A DNA stretch of 60,000 nt from NCBI RefSeq assembly GCF_037042905.1, contig NC_087245.1, positions 12,216,001 through 12,276,000 on the forward strand, given 5' to 3'. This document shows positions 1 through 13,221 of the stretch, in pieces (the stretch's first letter is position 1; the number at the start of each line of letters is the position of its first letter). The notes beneath the pieces are model-generated. The model made no database searches. It saw only the letters and a list, made by a program, of their open reading frames with translations, and was not told the DNA's origin. Both the position numbers and the translations under genes were made by a program. The DNA comes from Lytechinus pictus. Lineage: Eukaryota.

Positions 1-3000
1 CTCCATTTCACTTGGGGATTCAAGCTTATTGGATACCACTGTCGATATGAAAAAGCCATACAATGCTGCCCTTCTATTTCTAACACTATCAAAAATGGAC
101 TATTGCATCCTTAAAACAGTCGGTGGGTTAAACCTTCGGAGATATCGAGCAAGCTTGATATCTTTTGCTGGGACCCTATTTCTCTATAGTTGAAGAAAGA
201 TGTTATTAAATCTGGGGGTAGGTGACGGGTAGGTAAGGACAGTTTTCTTCTACCGAATTCACAATTGTTTAGGGGCAGACGCGTGTGACGTTGTGCCTCA
301 TACGTAGTTCCCGTAAACTTTTTTCTCGGTCTTCAACCAACTTTTAAAACTTCTCTAAATCATTGGGTTTCTATCGGAAACATGAAAAAGTAAGTTGTTT
401 TTCTATCCATAATTGGTATTGATTCTACGCATTTTTATAACATTTAATGATATATATTAATCTCTAACACAATTATATTTTATTTATACTCAGCTATTCA
501 ATGTTCTTTATTTGAAAAAAAAAGATATGATTTCGTAAATTTTTTTCATGAAAAGTGCTTCAAAATGTCGATGTAACTCTTAAATTGACTATATAATATT
601 GATTTACTTCATTAAACACAAAATGCATTATTCAATTATTTTCTTCTATTGATTGTCATATAGGCCTACCTATTTCGAAGTGTCATATTTTCTTTCGTTT
701 ATTTCAAAGGTGTGTAATGATGTTATGATTGACATGTTTTAACCATTTCCTCCTACAAAAACCCATTCAAAGAAACAATAAGGAAAATGGTAAGTGTATG
801 GATACTGCTTGATTGGATTTTCAACCAGGCAGAAAGATTTATAAATGAATATCGTTAATTAAGAAGTATTTAAATACAGAATGAACGTCTGTTAAATCAA
901 TATTGCCTTCATCTTATCTTAACTAAAGTCAAACAGCTTTGGTTTGGCCAATTTGTTAGTTAAAAGTTGTTTATTTCAAACTAATTTGGTAAGTCTAGAA
1001 GAATGTTAATATATTTTAACAAAATAACTTCATTCATCGTTCAAAAGGATTCATTATTTTAATTACGTCTTCCAGAATGGCTATTACATCTCAATGAACA
1101 ATGCCTGAAGTGCAAAGGATTCATTAAACAGTTTTTGACGATTTATCAATGTTGTTAATTCCTCGGGGTGATAGGAGAGCTTTAACAAATATTTTTTTAT
1201 AGCTCAATTCAATTCCGTTACCCAATTCCAAGAGGTGATAAAATCCGAGTAGAAATATCTAATACAGATAACGACACATATGACAATGATATATATAAAT
1301 GTTCCCCCTTTTAATACTTTCGGCTACAAAGGAAAATGATGTTTAATTCTATACATTATCTTGTTTCGGTAACTGAAATGAGATTTACCAGATAAGCGTT
1401 AAAAGAACATAAATTCTGATACAGACTAAAGTTATTAAAGTAATTAAATTAATCAAATTAAATTACTAAAGTAATTAAGCTATTAAAGTTATTGAACACT
1501 ACCTGTTATCGTTTTAGCACTAAATGAAATTGCTTACCACAAAAATAGAACTGTCTTGGCATCGAATTGTGCTGTTTTTAAGTCAACCTGTTAAAACTAA
1601 ATGTCAAGCAATTAACTTATTTATCACAATTCTAAAACATACCTTTTTTATGCATCGCAGCAAATTATTACAGAAATCTGTCCCATTGTTATTATCCTTC
1701 TAAAATGGCACAGAAAAGCAGTTGTTTATGAGGAGGTTTCATCTTTGCTTTAAACAATAATCAAATTCTCCTTTTTCATATTCTTCTGATTAGGCTCCAT
1801 ACAATCTCTGAAATGATTTAGAAAAAATTATCACGCACGATTTCTCTATTGTTTTTTGTTAGAATCAGCGATTCAAAGAATTCCGAGACATATTGGATGT
1901 CGATAATTCCATGGGGACTCCATAAATCTTAATTTTGTGACACATAATGTGAGGAAGTTGATGCATAGATCCATAGCGACTGGGCAGTGTTCTCTTGACC
2001 ACAAGAAATTGATGTTATTATAATTATGATCAATTTCCTTTAGACAAATAAATGAGATTGAGCCTTGGGAGAAGTAATTGTACCCCATCTTTTATATCTC
2101 AATCACTCCTGACGTATCATGCGCTGAACTCTTGCTGTTCACTCTGACGCCTGTTTGCAGTTTCAATCAGTGCACTTTGGCTAACCGAGGAGGGTAGATT
2201 ATTCCGTTATAGTGTAAAACAATAATAATATGACCATACTTGAAATTTCAAAAGTAATATTCCTTAAGTATGGATACACTGCATGCATTCTCAGAAATTA
2301 GCAATGATTACATCATCTCCATCATCGTGTTCTTCGAGTTAAGAATGGCGGAGATGGAAACGCAAATTCAGAATCACAGCGTGAAGAGAATATAAAATAT
2401 GTTTACGACTCAGGGGTTGAAATAACTGAAGTCTACAGGAATACATTATAGGCCACATCTGCTCTATTTCCCCTTGACCATCAATGAATAAAAATACCCT
2501 AGTTGCTTGGTTTCTTGCTTCAAAATCTGCCGTATATCTATCTCATAAAGACACGACACTTCGCACAGAATGTGGGCAGGGTTGACTAATATTAAGGTCA
2601 TGAAGGGATTTTAATGTATATACTGGTTTTCATTTCGAAAAAAAGTAGTATGATATCCCGGGGAAAATAATGTAAATACATTATTGGTTGCATATGCAGG
2701 ACTTCTAGCAATAATTTATTATTTTGTATTGAACCTTTTGCGTTTTTAGGGTACAGGAGAAATCTGTAAAAATAATAAGAAAAATGCAAATAAATTGCAA
2801 ATCATCTTTTTCATAGAATAAGAGTTTAAAGGGATAAAAATTTGTAAGCGTAAACCCTTAGTGCACCGAATTATGAAGAATCATGGAGATGCATAAGATG
2901 AAATTGTTTTCAACAAAAAGAATATGAATTATGACATTGAATGTGAGCATTGTGCCCATAAAAATGATTATAGGATAACAGGTAAAGTAGAAAATATAAC

Positions 3001-6000
3001 TTTAGTAAAAAGTGATTTTGTCAGAAAAAATGAGATGCTTTTTAGGTGGAACTTTACACCCATGAGCTATGAATGGCGCACCTAAGGCAACATGTACACT
3101 ATGAGCTCCCTCTTTATGGATGTACCATTAAGGATGCATATTTTTATCATTAGCAAATGCAAAATTGTGTTTGCATGTCTCTTGTGAAAACAGGGTGGTT
3201 CTAAGTTGTACCCACTTGATTCTGCGTGCACGATCCTTCCTTTGTTTCATTGATTGCATCAGTGTGAAAAATGAACATATATAGATGACACTGCACAAAG
3301 AAAAGAAAAGGCAAAGAAATCATTTATATCGTGAATAATAGGAGGATGGAGGCGCGATGACTTTGATAAAGGGCGAATTAATATGAGATGTTCATGAAAA
3401 TATTTTACCAAAATGGAAAAAAAAATATGTGTCAAATCATACAAGATTTAGGTAAAATCTATATCCAATGACTTCGTTTATTGTGACCATTCTTTTTGGT
3501 TGGATAAACCAACACATTTTATTTTTACTAATCATTTTTAAAGAGTTTGTTAAACAACTTTTATCCTTTAGAGAATAGGCACTCTTAAAAAGAACAGGAA
3601 AACAATCTTTTTTCATTTAGAGAAAATGGGGCTTTCTAAAAGATCCCAAATGATCAAAAAAAAATTCATAGCGAATTGATAACATCATTTAACATAACTG
3701 CTTACACCAAGATTAATGTTAGTTTCCCAATGATCATTCAAAAATTACAAAAAAAGACTGCGTAAAAACTCAATACACCCTTTTAATAATCACCGGACAA
3801 AGTATTTTTCATTTTAAATGAAAAAGAAATGTTTTTAGAGTTTAGGTGCGCTTTGAATTGTTTTTCAATTGATGCATTGTTTCTTGCACAACAAAAAATG
3901 GTTAGCATAACAAATACTGTAAGCATTCTATTCTCCTCTTTTCTAAATCAATATTGATTTTTGTATGCTTCCCCAGTCTCTCACACATTTTATTTTTCAT
4001 GTAATCAAAATTCGAATGAAAAAGATAACCGTATTGCTATTCCTCTTCCGAAGTGAGTGAGAGTAGTGTAGGATTGTAAATTAAAAAGAGGTCTGCGCCG
4101 TGAACTTTCCGTGGACGATGGATTTAAGCCTTGAAGGGAGTCGTTGTACGTGTAACAGTTTAGCATGACCTCATAGCTTTCCCTTCGTTGTCATATCGTC
4201 ATTATGACGATAAGCACCTTTAGCGGCGCCAATACTTTGCACTGTGTCTAGCGAATTATCTGTATATCAGGTATATTTGAAAAAGTGAATATATTTGACG
4301 TTTAGTTTGAGAAGTTATCAATAAAATGAATAGACCTCGGGTGACTTTATCAATCTGAACATGCTTTAAACTCTTAAAGAATGAATTTTCTAAATAGGTC
4401 TATATATTTGGTAAAGAGTGAATGTGAATGATTATGAGGTAAACTTACGCCAGATACTGTGTATGTTCTACGCAATGTTTGGTAAATATCCACTCATGAA
4501 ATGTGTTTTTTTTACCTGGTATCATTTTTACATAACCACTCTTGGTTTAACTCAAAGATATCCAACTACAGTGTTATATATACTTTAGCACTATAAATCC
4601 ATGTTATCACGATGGGAGCAGTCTGGTATAGGGACGTATTCCAATCTCATTTAAACATTGAACTAATGGACCTGTTTCAATATATAATGGGTAGATGCAT
4701 TTCTATGGGTATGATGGATATAAGTAAGACAAAAAACATAATAGGAAACATAAGAAAGGGGGTAAATACATAACCGTATCCCCTAAAATATAGGAGAAAT
4801 GTCAAATGTTCACGAAAACATAATTGCGAGAAAAGCGATCTATAGCTCATTGGTAGAAAATTTGCATTGAAAATAAGTTGTCGAAATCTGTTGACCTTCC
4901 ATTAAAAGTAGGATATTGAAAAATTTACACAAGGAGGGGGGGGGGGGCTCCACCCTACCACAGTTCTTTACAAATATTTAGAGTTCCTCTGAATTCTATT
5001 ATTCGAAAGCAAATGTTAAGGTTATCTGGTAGGATATTTCTTTTCATATCAATTTTGTCTGGCTTTGAACACAATGTCATACATGTATGAACCATATATT
5101 AGGCCTATAATGAGGTGATCGAAAATGCGTCATTTTCCAGCATTCATTCATTCTCTTTTTCTTACAATATTCATGCTTAATTTTTTTATGTCAAATACAT
5201 TTTCATCTAATTTCTAAACCAAACCAATATTTTCCCATTTTCTCAGATATGCTTTAATATATATAACACTTTGTAATGTTTTACTTATGAAAAAAAATAC
5301 CATAATTTTACATGCCTAAACTTATATTGTTTGTACAAGTTTCATTTTGCAAATTTCATTGTAATTATTTTTTACCACTTTACTTTGTTCTGTTGAAAAT
5401 GAAACAAAACAAATTGAAATGAAAAAAATATTTATACATATATTTTAACTTTTAACTCGTTTATCATTTTTGATCAATTCACATTCAGATTCAGCTTCAG
5501 ATTTTATTTCCAACATGAATGACATAAATATTGATACAAAAATCATTTTCATACATTTATAGCAAATATTTACGATACAAATCATTGTCATTATAATCAT
5601 ATTCAACAACATCAATGATAATCAATATATAAAGATATATACAAAATATGGTACAATTTGTAGACAAATTATAATATACGATTTAAATAGAAAAAAGGAA
5701 TCTGTGGAATTGGGAGATTCACTCAAAAGCATAGCTTGTATAATGTGAACCTCCCTAAATTAATGTCGTGAATATGTTATCTGTATATTAATATAATTTT
5801 ATACATAGTTACTGCTCTAAACGATGGTGATTTTAGAGTGAGTGGTTCAATTTTTATAAATAAATAGAATAAAAAGTTTGTTCATATCGGTATTACACGT
5901 AACCTGACCCGACGGTCGATTATAGTAATGTAACATGAATGCTTTATTATTGAAATGTAACATGAATGCTTTGTTTTGAAATAAGTGGGATTATGACCAT

Positions 6001-7689
6001 GCGTGTAAAAACATTTGATAGATGATTTATTATCCTTGGCCTATTATTATCAAAGGATCAGCACAATTTCACAGGGCGTGATGCAATAAATCTTGTGATT
6101 TTTATCGTGAGTCTTTGGAAACCGTATATCGTATAGTCGTATTTATTTATGCTAAATGGACACGAAACGATGCTTTGTCCATGATTTTTATATTATTTTT
6201 CGAAGGAAATAGTGAGAAATGTAAACTTTAAACGATGCCCCTCCTTTTTCAATCTCCACCCTCCTTACAAACCCCCCTCTCTCTGTCTTCTCACCCCTCT
6301 CTCTCCCCTAAAGGACACAAATTTTCTTAGCAAAATCAAATCTATTCGATTGTTGTTTCGGTTCACTTCAAAATGAGCACAAACGGATAAAAATGTTCCA
6401 GTTCCTTCAACCTTTTGCCCGATTTAAGGATCACCGTCGTTTAAGATGACTCGTATTGAGTTTCATCCTCATTTCAATCGCCCACTCATTCATCCTACTC
6501 ATCTACCCCTGTGCTACGTATATTTACCATCACATGCTATCCTGTTGGGAAGTAAACAGTCTTTATTAAGAATCTCCTCTTTGAAGAGTTTTTTATGGGT
6601 TCTCATCAACAAGGCAGTGATGCTTGGGGACTGTACATTCAAAATGGCAATTCTTGGTTTATTCATTAATTTATGAAAATAATCATGATAAAAAGAAGAG
6701 TGATAGTTTCATTTTCATTCTTTACAAATCAGTTTTATTGATGGTAGCTTCATCGGTGGTCGCTCTGAATACACTGTCGTGAAAGAATGCATGTTTCACA
6801 AATAATACATAATACAAAACTCAGCATAAAAATGTAACAAGAACTAAGGGTAAATAATAATTTACCAATTCTGGATAACAAATCAAGATAAGATAACTTC
6901 TCCTCTCACATGAAATGTAATTTACGTGATCAGTTTCCGGAAAAGACCCCCCCGAAAAAAAAAATGAATAAAAAATGAAATATAAATAACTTGATAAAAT
7001 ATGAAAAAAAATGAAAATAATAATAACAATAATAAAATAAATTAAATAAAATGACTTCGAATGCCAAACCAGATATCTGATTGGGGATTGGTCTACATTT
7101 GGTGTATTGTACATACATTATTAATACTACAAAATTATAGAATTAACAGTTTCTCCTGAAAATGCTTTGCCAAATAGACCTTTCATGCTTTAATGGAACG
7201 GATATGTATGCACATACTACTGTTGGAAAACAATAACAGCAACAATGATGACATTACCGTCCCTATTATTATCGCCACTATAATAATGGTATAACGGGGT
7301 CATTATGATTGTGATCATCGGCATGATTTATTGCAACCAGTTTCATATCAATTATTTATAACCCATTTGAATGATTTTTTTTCTCGCCATGGACGCCACT
7401 AACATTCAATAAAAGTGTTCATCTATAGATTTGTTAGATAAATGAATTTTATTCTGCTCTACTGGTAATGGTCCAAAGCTTATTAGATTAGAAGACTCAT
7501 TCAACGACTGCATAGAGACAACATTTTGATTGTGACAAAATTATTACATTCAAGTTTGACAGAATACTGACCGTTATTACATTAAAGACGAAATCCTATC
7601 AGTACATATAGCATTCTAAAATTATTTTATATCGAATTCGGTATTACAGTGATACAGTGTAAGTCTTTTGTGAATTTCCGAATAGATTT

Positions 7690-7820
7690 GCTCTTCTACT
7701 TCTTCTTTATTTATTTCTTTCTGCTACTTCCTTCTCTTCTCCTTCTTCTTTCTTTCTTTCTTTCTTCTTTTCCTTCTTTTCTTCTTCTTCACTTCTTCTA
7801 CTTCTTCTTCTACTCCTTCG
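7690..7820. repeat. (CTT)n / pyrimidine-rich low-complexity tract
   Basis: cttcttctttctttc...cttcttcttcttcacttcttctacttcttc. Confidence 0.85.
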
Positions 7821-9302
7821 TTCATTATGAAGTCTTTTTTTAAGAGAGCACTGCCATATTTCTTTATCTAGAATAGGGTAAGATAAATGAATATTTTGGG
7901 CATATTGTTGCACCACCTGATCTTCAAGCAAAAGAATTTGAATTTGTTTTAACAAAACATGTCTCTCATAGGAAATTCCCCTTATAGAATACAGTGCAAT
8001 TATTAAGAAAATAGTACTTCCTTTAATAAAACCTAAGATGTAAATGCAATCAATTACAAAGAAATCAATCTTACCTTGTTAAATATTCAAGAGTCTCTCC
8101 ATTACCATTCCAAGTCCGAAATGCTCTTCTCCTGCCATTATTTCCTTGTAATAATTTTCCTAGAAAGGGAAATTAACCATCTGCGACAATTTACCAAAGT
8201 ATATAGTGTTTCGATCAATTATATTTCTGGATGTTTACATTCAAAGCATATCTAGGCTCTATAATCAGGGTTGATTTTATATGAGGACATATTTCGTTTA
8301 TGTAAAGACATTATAGTGCGTGGGCGTTATTATTGAATGCCACTTTGGGAAGCATTTCATCAACGAATTGTGGGAACACGTATTTATGATAGATTTTAAA
8401 GAGAAAAACAAAAATCAATATCTTAAAAACCACTTCTCTTAAGGTTAAAATTCATTAGCATTCCAAATATAAGGTCACTTTCATACAGAACACCGTCATG
8501 TGTTTAATAATCTAAACAATACAAAACGATGCAGAATTTTTCTGCTCTTGAAAATTGATAATCGATTGCTGATAATCAGATTTTAAATCCACGTATATAT
8601 ATGTTATCTTTTACACGTTTTGTCAGAGATAACCACTTTAGTTATGGGGTTTAATGGTGAATGGTAATATAAACCTAATGATGAAAATAATAATAAGACA
8701 ATAGTCAAAGATTGTATTTTCAGCTGGTTTCTCGGTCAGTCGATTGGAGAATAAGAAGGTCAATCATTCGAACGTGTGAGATGATCAAATGTCATCATAA
8801 TGTTCTTTTTAAACAAAGTACATTACTTTATCATTATTCAAAGAATGGATTTTCCTCTCGCTTTGCTTCCTCCAAGTAATCAGGTTAAGGATTTTTAAGA
8901 CTGAGTTACTACCCTAAGAAGTCACGGCTCATTACGGCAAGGTTACAAATGTTACCACAATTTTATCATGAATTTAACTGTTCATCATAAAATACAACAC
9001 AAATCCTTAGTTAAGTCCGCTTTGGTCGGACTTAATATTATTCCACTTGTCTTCGTTGTTCTAAGACTACATACACCAATGACTCATGTAGCTTTATAAA
9101 AGAGTTATATCCATATTTGACTCTGATATTTAAAGAAAGGCATTTACATTTCATTGTTTTAATAGATCTTAAATATATTTCGAAGACAAAGCAGCACTTC
9201 TTTCCTCAGATTGGAAGATGGTTTTGTTTTCGTCACTTTAGTAACATTAATTAACAGTTATCATTGCAGTACTTCGAATACTACAATTTTAACAACACTG
9301 CC

Positions 9303-9645
9303 ACTTCTACTATTACTACTACTACTACTACTACAGTTACTACTACTATTACTACTACTACAGCTACTACTACTACTTCTACTACTACTACTACTACTAC
9401 TACTACAGCTATTATTATTATTACTACTACTACTACTACTACTACAGCTACTACTACTTCTAATACTACTACTACAGCTACTACTACTACAACTACTACC
9501 ATGACTACTACTACTACTACTAGAGCTACTACTTCTACTACTGCCAACACTACCACAACCACCACTACAACTACTATACTACTACTACTACAATAAGAAC
9601 AAAAACAACAACTATTACTACTACTACTACAACTTCTTCTACTGC
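9303..9645. repeat. (ACT)n imperfect microsatellite
   Basis: actactactact... over ~340 bp; generates the poly-L/T/V ORFs. Confidence 0.95.
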
Positions 9646-9908
9646 CCTACTTCCAATATAATGACTGTTAATTTGATTACAACTACAACACTGCAATAAA
9701 ACAGAAAGTTCTAAATCTGTTGCAGGGTAACATGTCACATAGGAACCTTGTCCCTAAAATATTGGATGGAAATCGAAAATGTTATCATCCTCTAACCATA
9801 AATAGTGTTGATATTGGCATCCATAATTTAACGCAATGATGTTGTTATTTTCTTTGCAGATGAGCTCGAAGCTTGCTACAATGGATCGAGTAGACACAAC
9901 ATAGCAGA

Positions 9909-10952
9909 ATGAATCACACAACCATTAGAATTGATGATGAAGCAAACAAGATATTCATCATCCTCGAGATTATCGTTCGCCTACTGCTCGCTCTGACGGG
10001 TACCGTAGGCAACGCTTTCGTCATCTACGCCATAGTGATGACGCCAAAATTACGAACCATACCTAACGCCCTAGTTACAACCCTGGCAGGCTTGGATTTA
10101 ACGTCCAGTGCTGTCTTGATACCTCTCATGGTCGTTGGCAAGGTAGAAAACAAGTGGCCCTTCGATGTCAGCTTCTGTCGCGTTCACGGGTTCATGCTAA
10201 TACTCTTCCACGCACTATCACTCAACGTGCTCGGCCTTATCGCACTAAATCGTTTCCTAAACATCACCAAGCCCCTGCATATCTATCGCAAATATACCAC
10301 TCCGCAGCTTTTCATCTTACAACTCATCATCGCATTTTTGTTTGCTGGTGTACCTGTCCTAAGCCCATTCTTTGGCATTGGAAGCATGGATTTCGCTGGT
10401 TTCAACCCTATGCTCGGTCACTGCTCGTTTGGATACGACGTCGAGGGCGTGTGGGTGTACGAGATCGTGCTTCTGTCTCTCGGGCTTATGATTGGGACAT
10501 TCGTCATCCCATTCAACTACATCTTGATATGGAAGCATGTGGGTGCTAGTCGATCACGGGTTCATGCATGGTCGACAACGGCTCTACCTAAGAACATCGC
10601 GGAGCAACAGTCCAACATTGAAATAGATAGTCGAAATCAAGAAATATCTATTCCCGCCTTTGCCCAAGTTATTTCAAATCGCCGTGTACAGCAAAAAGAC
10701 AACCTTCGATTGACGAGGAACTTGTGGCTCCCCTTTGTAACTTTCATGCTGTCCCTCATACCTTTCTATGTTTTTGTAATTTTTGACGAACATTACACCT
10801 TCTCTGTCTGGCTTTGGAGGGCTGTGGATATTCTCTTTTGGTCGACTTCTTCGGTCAACCCATACTTATACGCCCTGATGACGTCGAGTTTTCGAGAGGC
10901 GTCCAGAAAGCTCATCGGACTATCTAATGTCAATTCACCATTACACTCTTAA
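9909..10952 (+). CDS. Class A (rhodopsin-like) GPCR, melatonin-receptor/GPR84/Tre1-like, single coding exon, 347 aa
   Basis: Seven hydrophobic segments; TM1 GN, TM2 LAGLD, extracellular WPF..C, TM3 end IALNRF (NR[Y/F] as in melatonin-type receptors), TM7 NPYLY and helix 8 FR. A splice acceptor ttttctttgcag ending at 9859 implies an upstream non-coding exon. Confidence 0.93.
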   Translation: MNHTTIRIDDEANKIFIILEIIVRLLLALTGTVGNAFVIYAIVMTPKLRTIPNALVTTLAGLDLTSSAVLIPLMVVGKVENKWPFDVSFCRVHGFMLILFHALSLNVLGLIALNRFLNITKPLHIYRKYTTPQLFILQLIIAFLFAGVPVLSPFFGIGSMDFAGFNPMLGHCSFGYDVEGVWVYEIVLLSLGLMIGTFVIPFNYILIWKHVGASRSRVHAWSTTALPKNIAEQQSNIEIDSRNQEISIPAFAQVISNRRVQQKDNLRLTRNLWLPFVTFMLSLIPFYVFVIFDEHYTFSVWLWRAVDILFWSTSSVNPYLYALMTSSFREASRKLIGLSNVNSPLHS

Positions 10953-11139
10953 AAATGTTGGGCAACATACGGTCCACACAACAATTGGTTAAAACTTTAT
11001 CCAATTCTGGGTAGTTTTACACCAATACTGTGTAGTTTTCACCCAAAGCACACATTATTGGTGTAAAACTACCCAGAATTGGATAAAGTTTTAACCAATT
11101 GTTGTGTGGACCGTATGTTGCCCAACATTTTTAAGAGTG
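10944..11139. mobile_element. MITE with CACTCT termini, ~80-bp near-perfect TIRs, TA target duplication
   Basis: ta|CACTCTTAAAAATGTTGGGCAACATACGGTCCACACAACAATTGG ... CCAATTGTTGTGTGGACCGTATGTTGCCCAACATTTTTAAGAGTG|ta. Confidence 0.92.
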
Positions 11140-11410
11140 TACGTATAGCTGATAAACTTCAAATTAATGTCATGTGGTAATGATGATGATAACTTATTGA
11201 TTGATTGATTCATTTACTTATTTCAACGTATTCTATCTATTAAGATGTCATAGTAACAAAGGACTGGTTTACATCTCGACCTGAATACACTTATTACAGT
11301 TTTATACTAGACGATCAATCACTTAAAATGCTCACCCTGCCTTTATAATCTTGAAATTAAAGAAAATATGACAAAAAATGTAAATTAAAGGAAAACTTCA
11401 TGAGGTTTAA

Positions 11411-13221
11411 GGACGTTCCACAGTTAAAGTAAAATCCATGTCATTTTCACCAAACTTTGCACATAGATACTTTAGAACCTTAATATTCGAAATATGCTAA
11501 AATTAACACAGGTCCATGTGCTTGATTTTTTGCTATAGAGCTTCAAAGTTCACCCAAATTGATGTTCTTAAGAATTGCGCATTCAAAAGAATTTGGCATT
11601 TTTAGACCGCCCAAGATTACCACAATGAGTTTAAACCTCTATTACTCAGTCAAAATACATGAAAAAGTCATAAAATTTCGCAAGAGAGTTAATAATTGTA
11701 TCGTTAGAATGGAGAATATATTTATAGTGCTATTTGTTTGCAATTTTAAGTTTAACAGCACTGTCAGTTCTTAAAAATGGCGTAAAAGATAACAAAATCC
11801 CAATCTAAAAAATGTGAAATTTCAGTAACAAACTACAAAAGTACAATAAATGCCGCACTTTATTCAAAATCCATGTCATTTTCACCAAAATTTGCAGAGT
11901 TGTAGAGGAAGGTATACATAAGAGGTACAAACATTCAAAAATAGGGGTTCATGTGCTTGTTTTTAAACTATCAGCATTTTTATTAGAGCAAATGTGCTTT
12001 TTAAAACACCAAAAATGCGCCGAATGCATTGTATCTATGTGAAGAAAAAATCAAAACCACTCTACCATTTTATTCAAACTCGGGGTAATATTCGTGATTC
12101 TTGGTAGCACTGCAGAGTAAAGTATTTTGAAATTGTAGAAATTTTTTTCTGAATGGTCCATGGAGTAATTCCATTTTTAGCTTCATGAAATAACGCATCG
12201 GATCTGCAGTTAAAGTGCAGAAGATGAGAAAAATCAGCTCATACCCGCAGCTAATTAATCACCTGTTCATCCATTGTGACGTCAGCGCGCAGAGTGTAAA
12301 CTATGCGCAGATCATAATGATCTGCGCATAGTTTACACTCTGCGCGCTGACGTCACAATGGATGAACAGGTATTAATTAGCTGCGGGTATGAGCTGATTT
12401 TTCTCATCTTCTGCACTTTAACTGCAGATCCGATGCGTTATTTCATGAAGCTAAAAAATTGAATTATTCCATGGACCATTCAAAAAAATATTCTCTACAA
12501 TTTCAAAATACTTTACTCTGCAGTGCTGCCAAGAATCACGAATATCAGCCCGAGTTTGAATAAATGGTAGAGTGGTTTTGATTTTTTCTTCACATAGATA
12601 CTAAGCATTCGGCCCATTTTTGGTGTTTTAAAAAGCACATTTGCTCTAATAAAAATGCTGATAGTTTAAAAACAAGCACATGAACCCCTATTTTTTAATG
12701 TTTGTACCTCTTAGGTATACCTTCCTCTACAACTCTGCAAATTTTGGTGAAAATGACATGGATTTTGAATAAAGTGCAGCATTTATTGTACGTTTGTAGT
12801 TTGTTACTGAAATTTTACATTTTTCAGATTGGGATTTTGTTATCTTTTACGCCATTTTTAAGAACTGACAGTGCTGTTAAACTTAAAATTGCAAACAAAT
12901 AGCACTATTAATATATTCTCCATTCTAACGATACAATTATTAACTCTCTTGCGAAATTTGATGACTTTTTCATGTATTTTGAATGAGTAATGGAGGTTTA
13001 AACTCATTGTAGTAATCTTGGGCGGTCTAAAAATGCCAAATTATTTTGAATGCGCAATTCTTAAGAACATCAATTTGGGTGAACTTTGAAGCTCTATAGC
13101 AAAAAATCAAGCACATGGAACTATGTTAATTTTTGCATATTTCGAATATTAAGGTTCTAAAGTATCTATGTGCAAAGTTTGGTGAAAATGACATGGATTT
13201 CACTTTAACTGTAGAACGTCC
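11411..13221. mobile_element. 1.81-kb fold-back (palindromic) non-autonomous DNA transposon with TTAA target duplication (Kolobok-like)
   Basis: ttaa|GGACGTTCCACAGTTAAAGT ... ACTTTAACTGTAGAACGTCC|ttaa; arms ~905 bp, centre gatcat-a-atgatc at 12316. Confidence 0.92.

Noticed and set aside
9211..9596. Poly-Leu, poly-Thr and poly-Val ORFs (mucin-like)
   Set aside because: Products of the (ACT)n microsatellite, open in several frames on both strands, with no splice support.
11411..13221. Palindrome as an assembly fold-back artefact
   Set aside because: Arms differ by multiple substitutions and indels, and the unit is cleanly bounded by a TTAA duplication with unique flanks; long reads would still be the decisive test.
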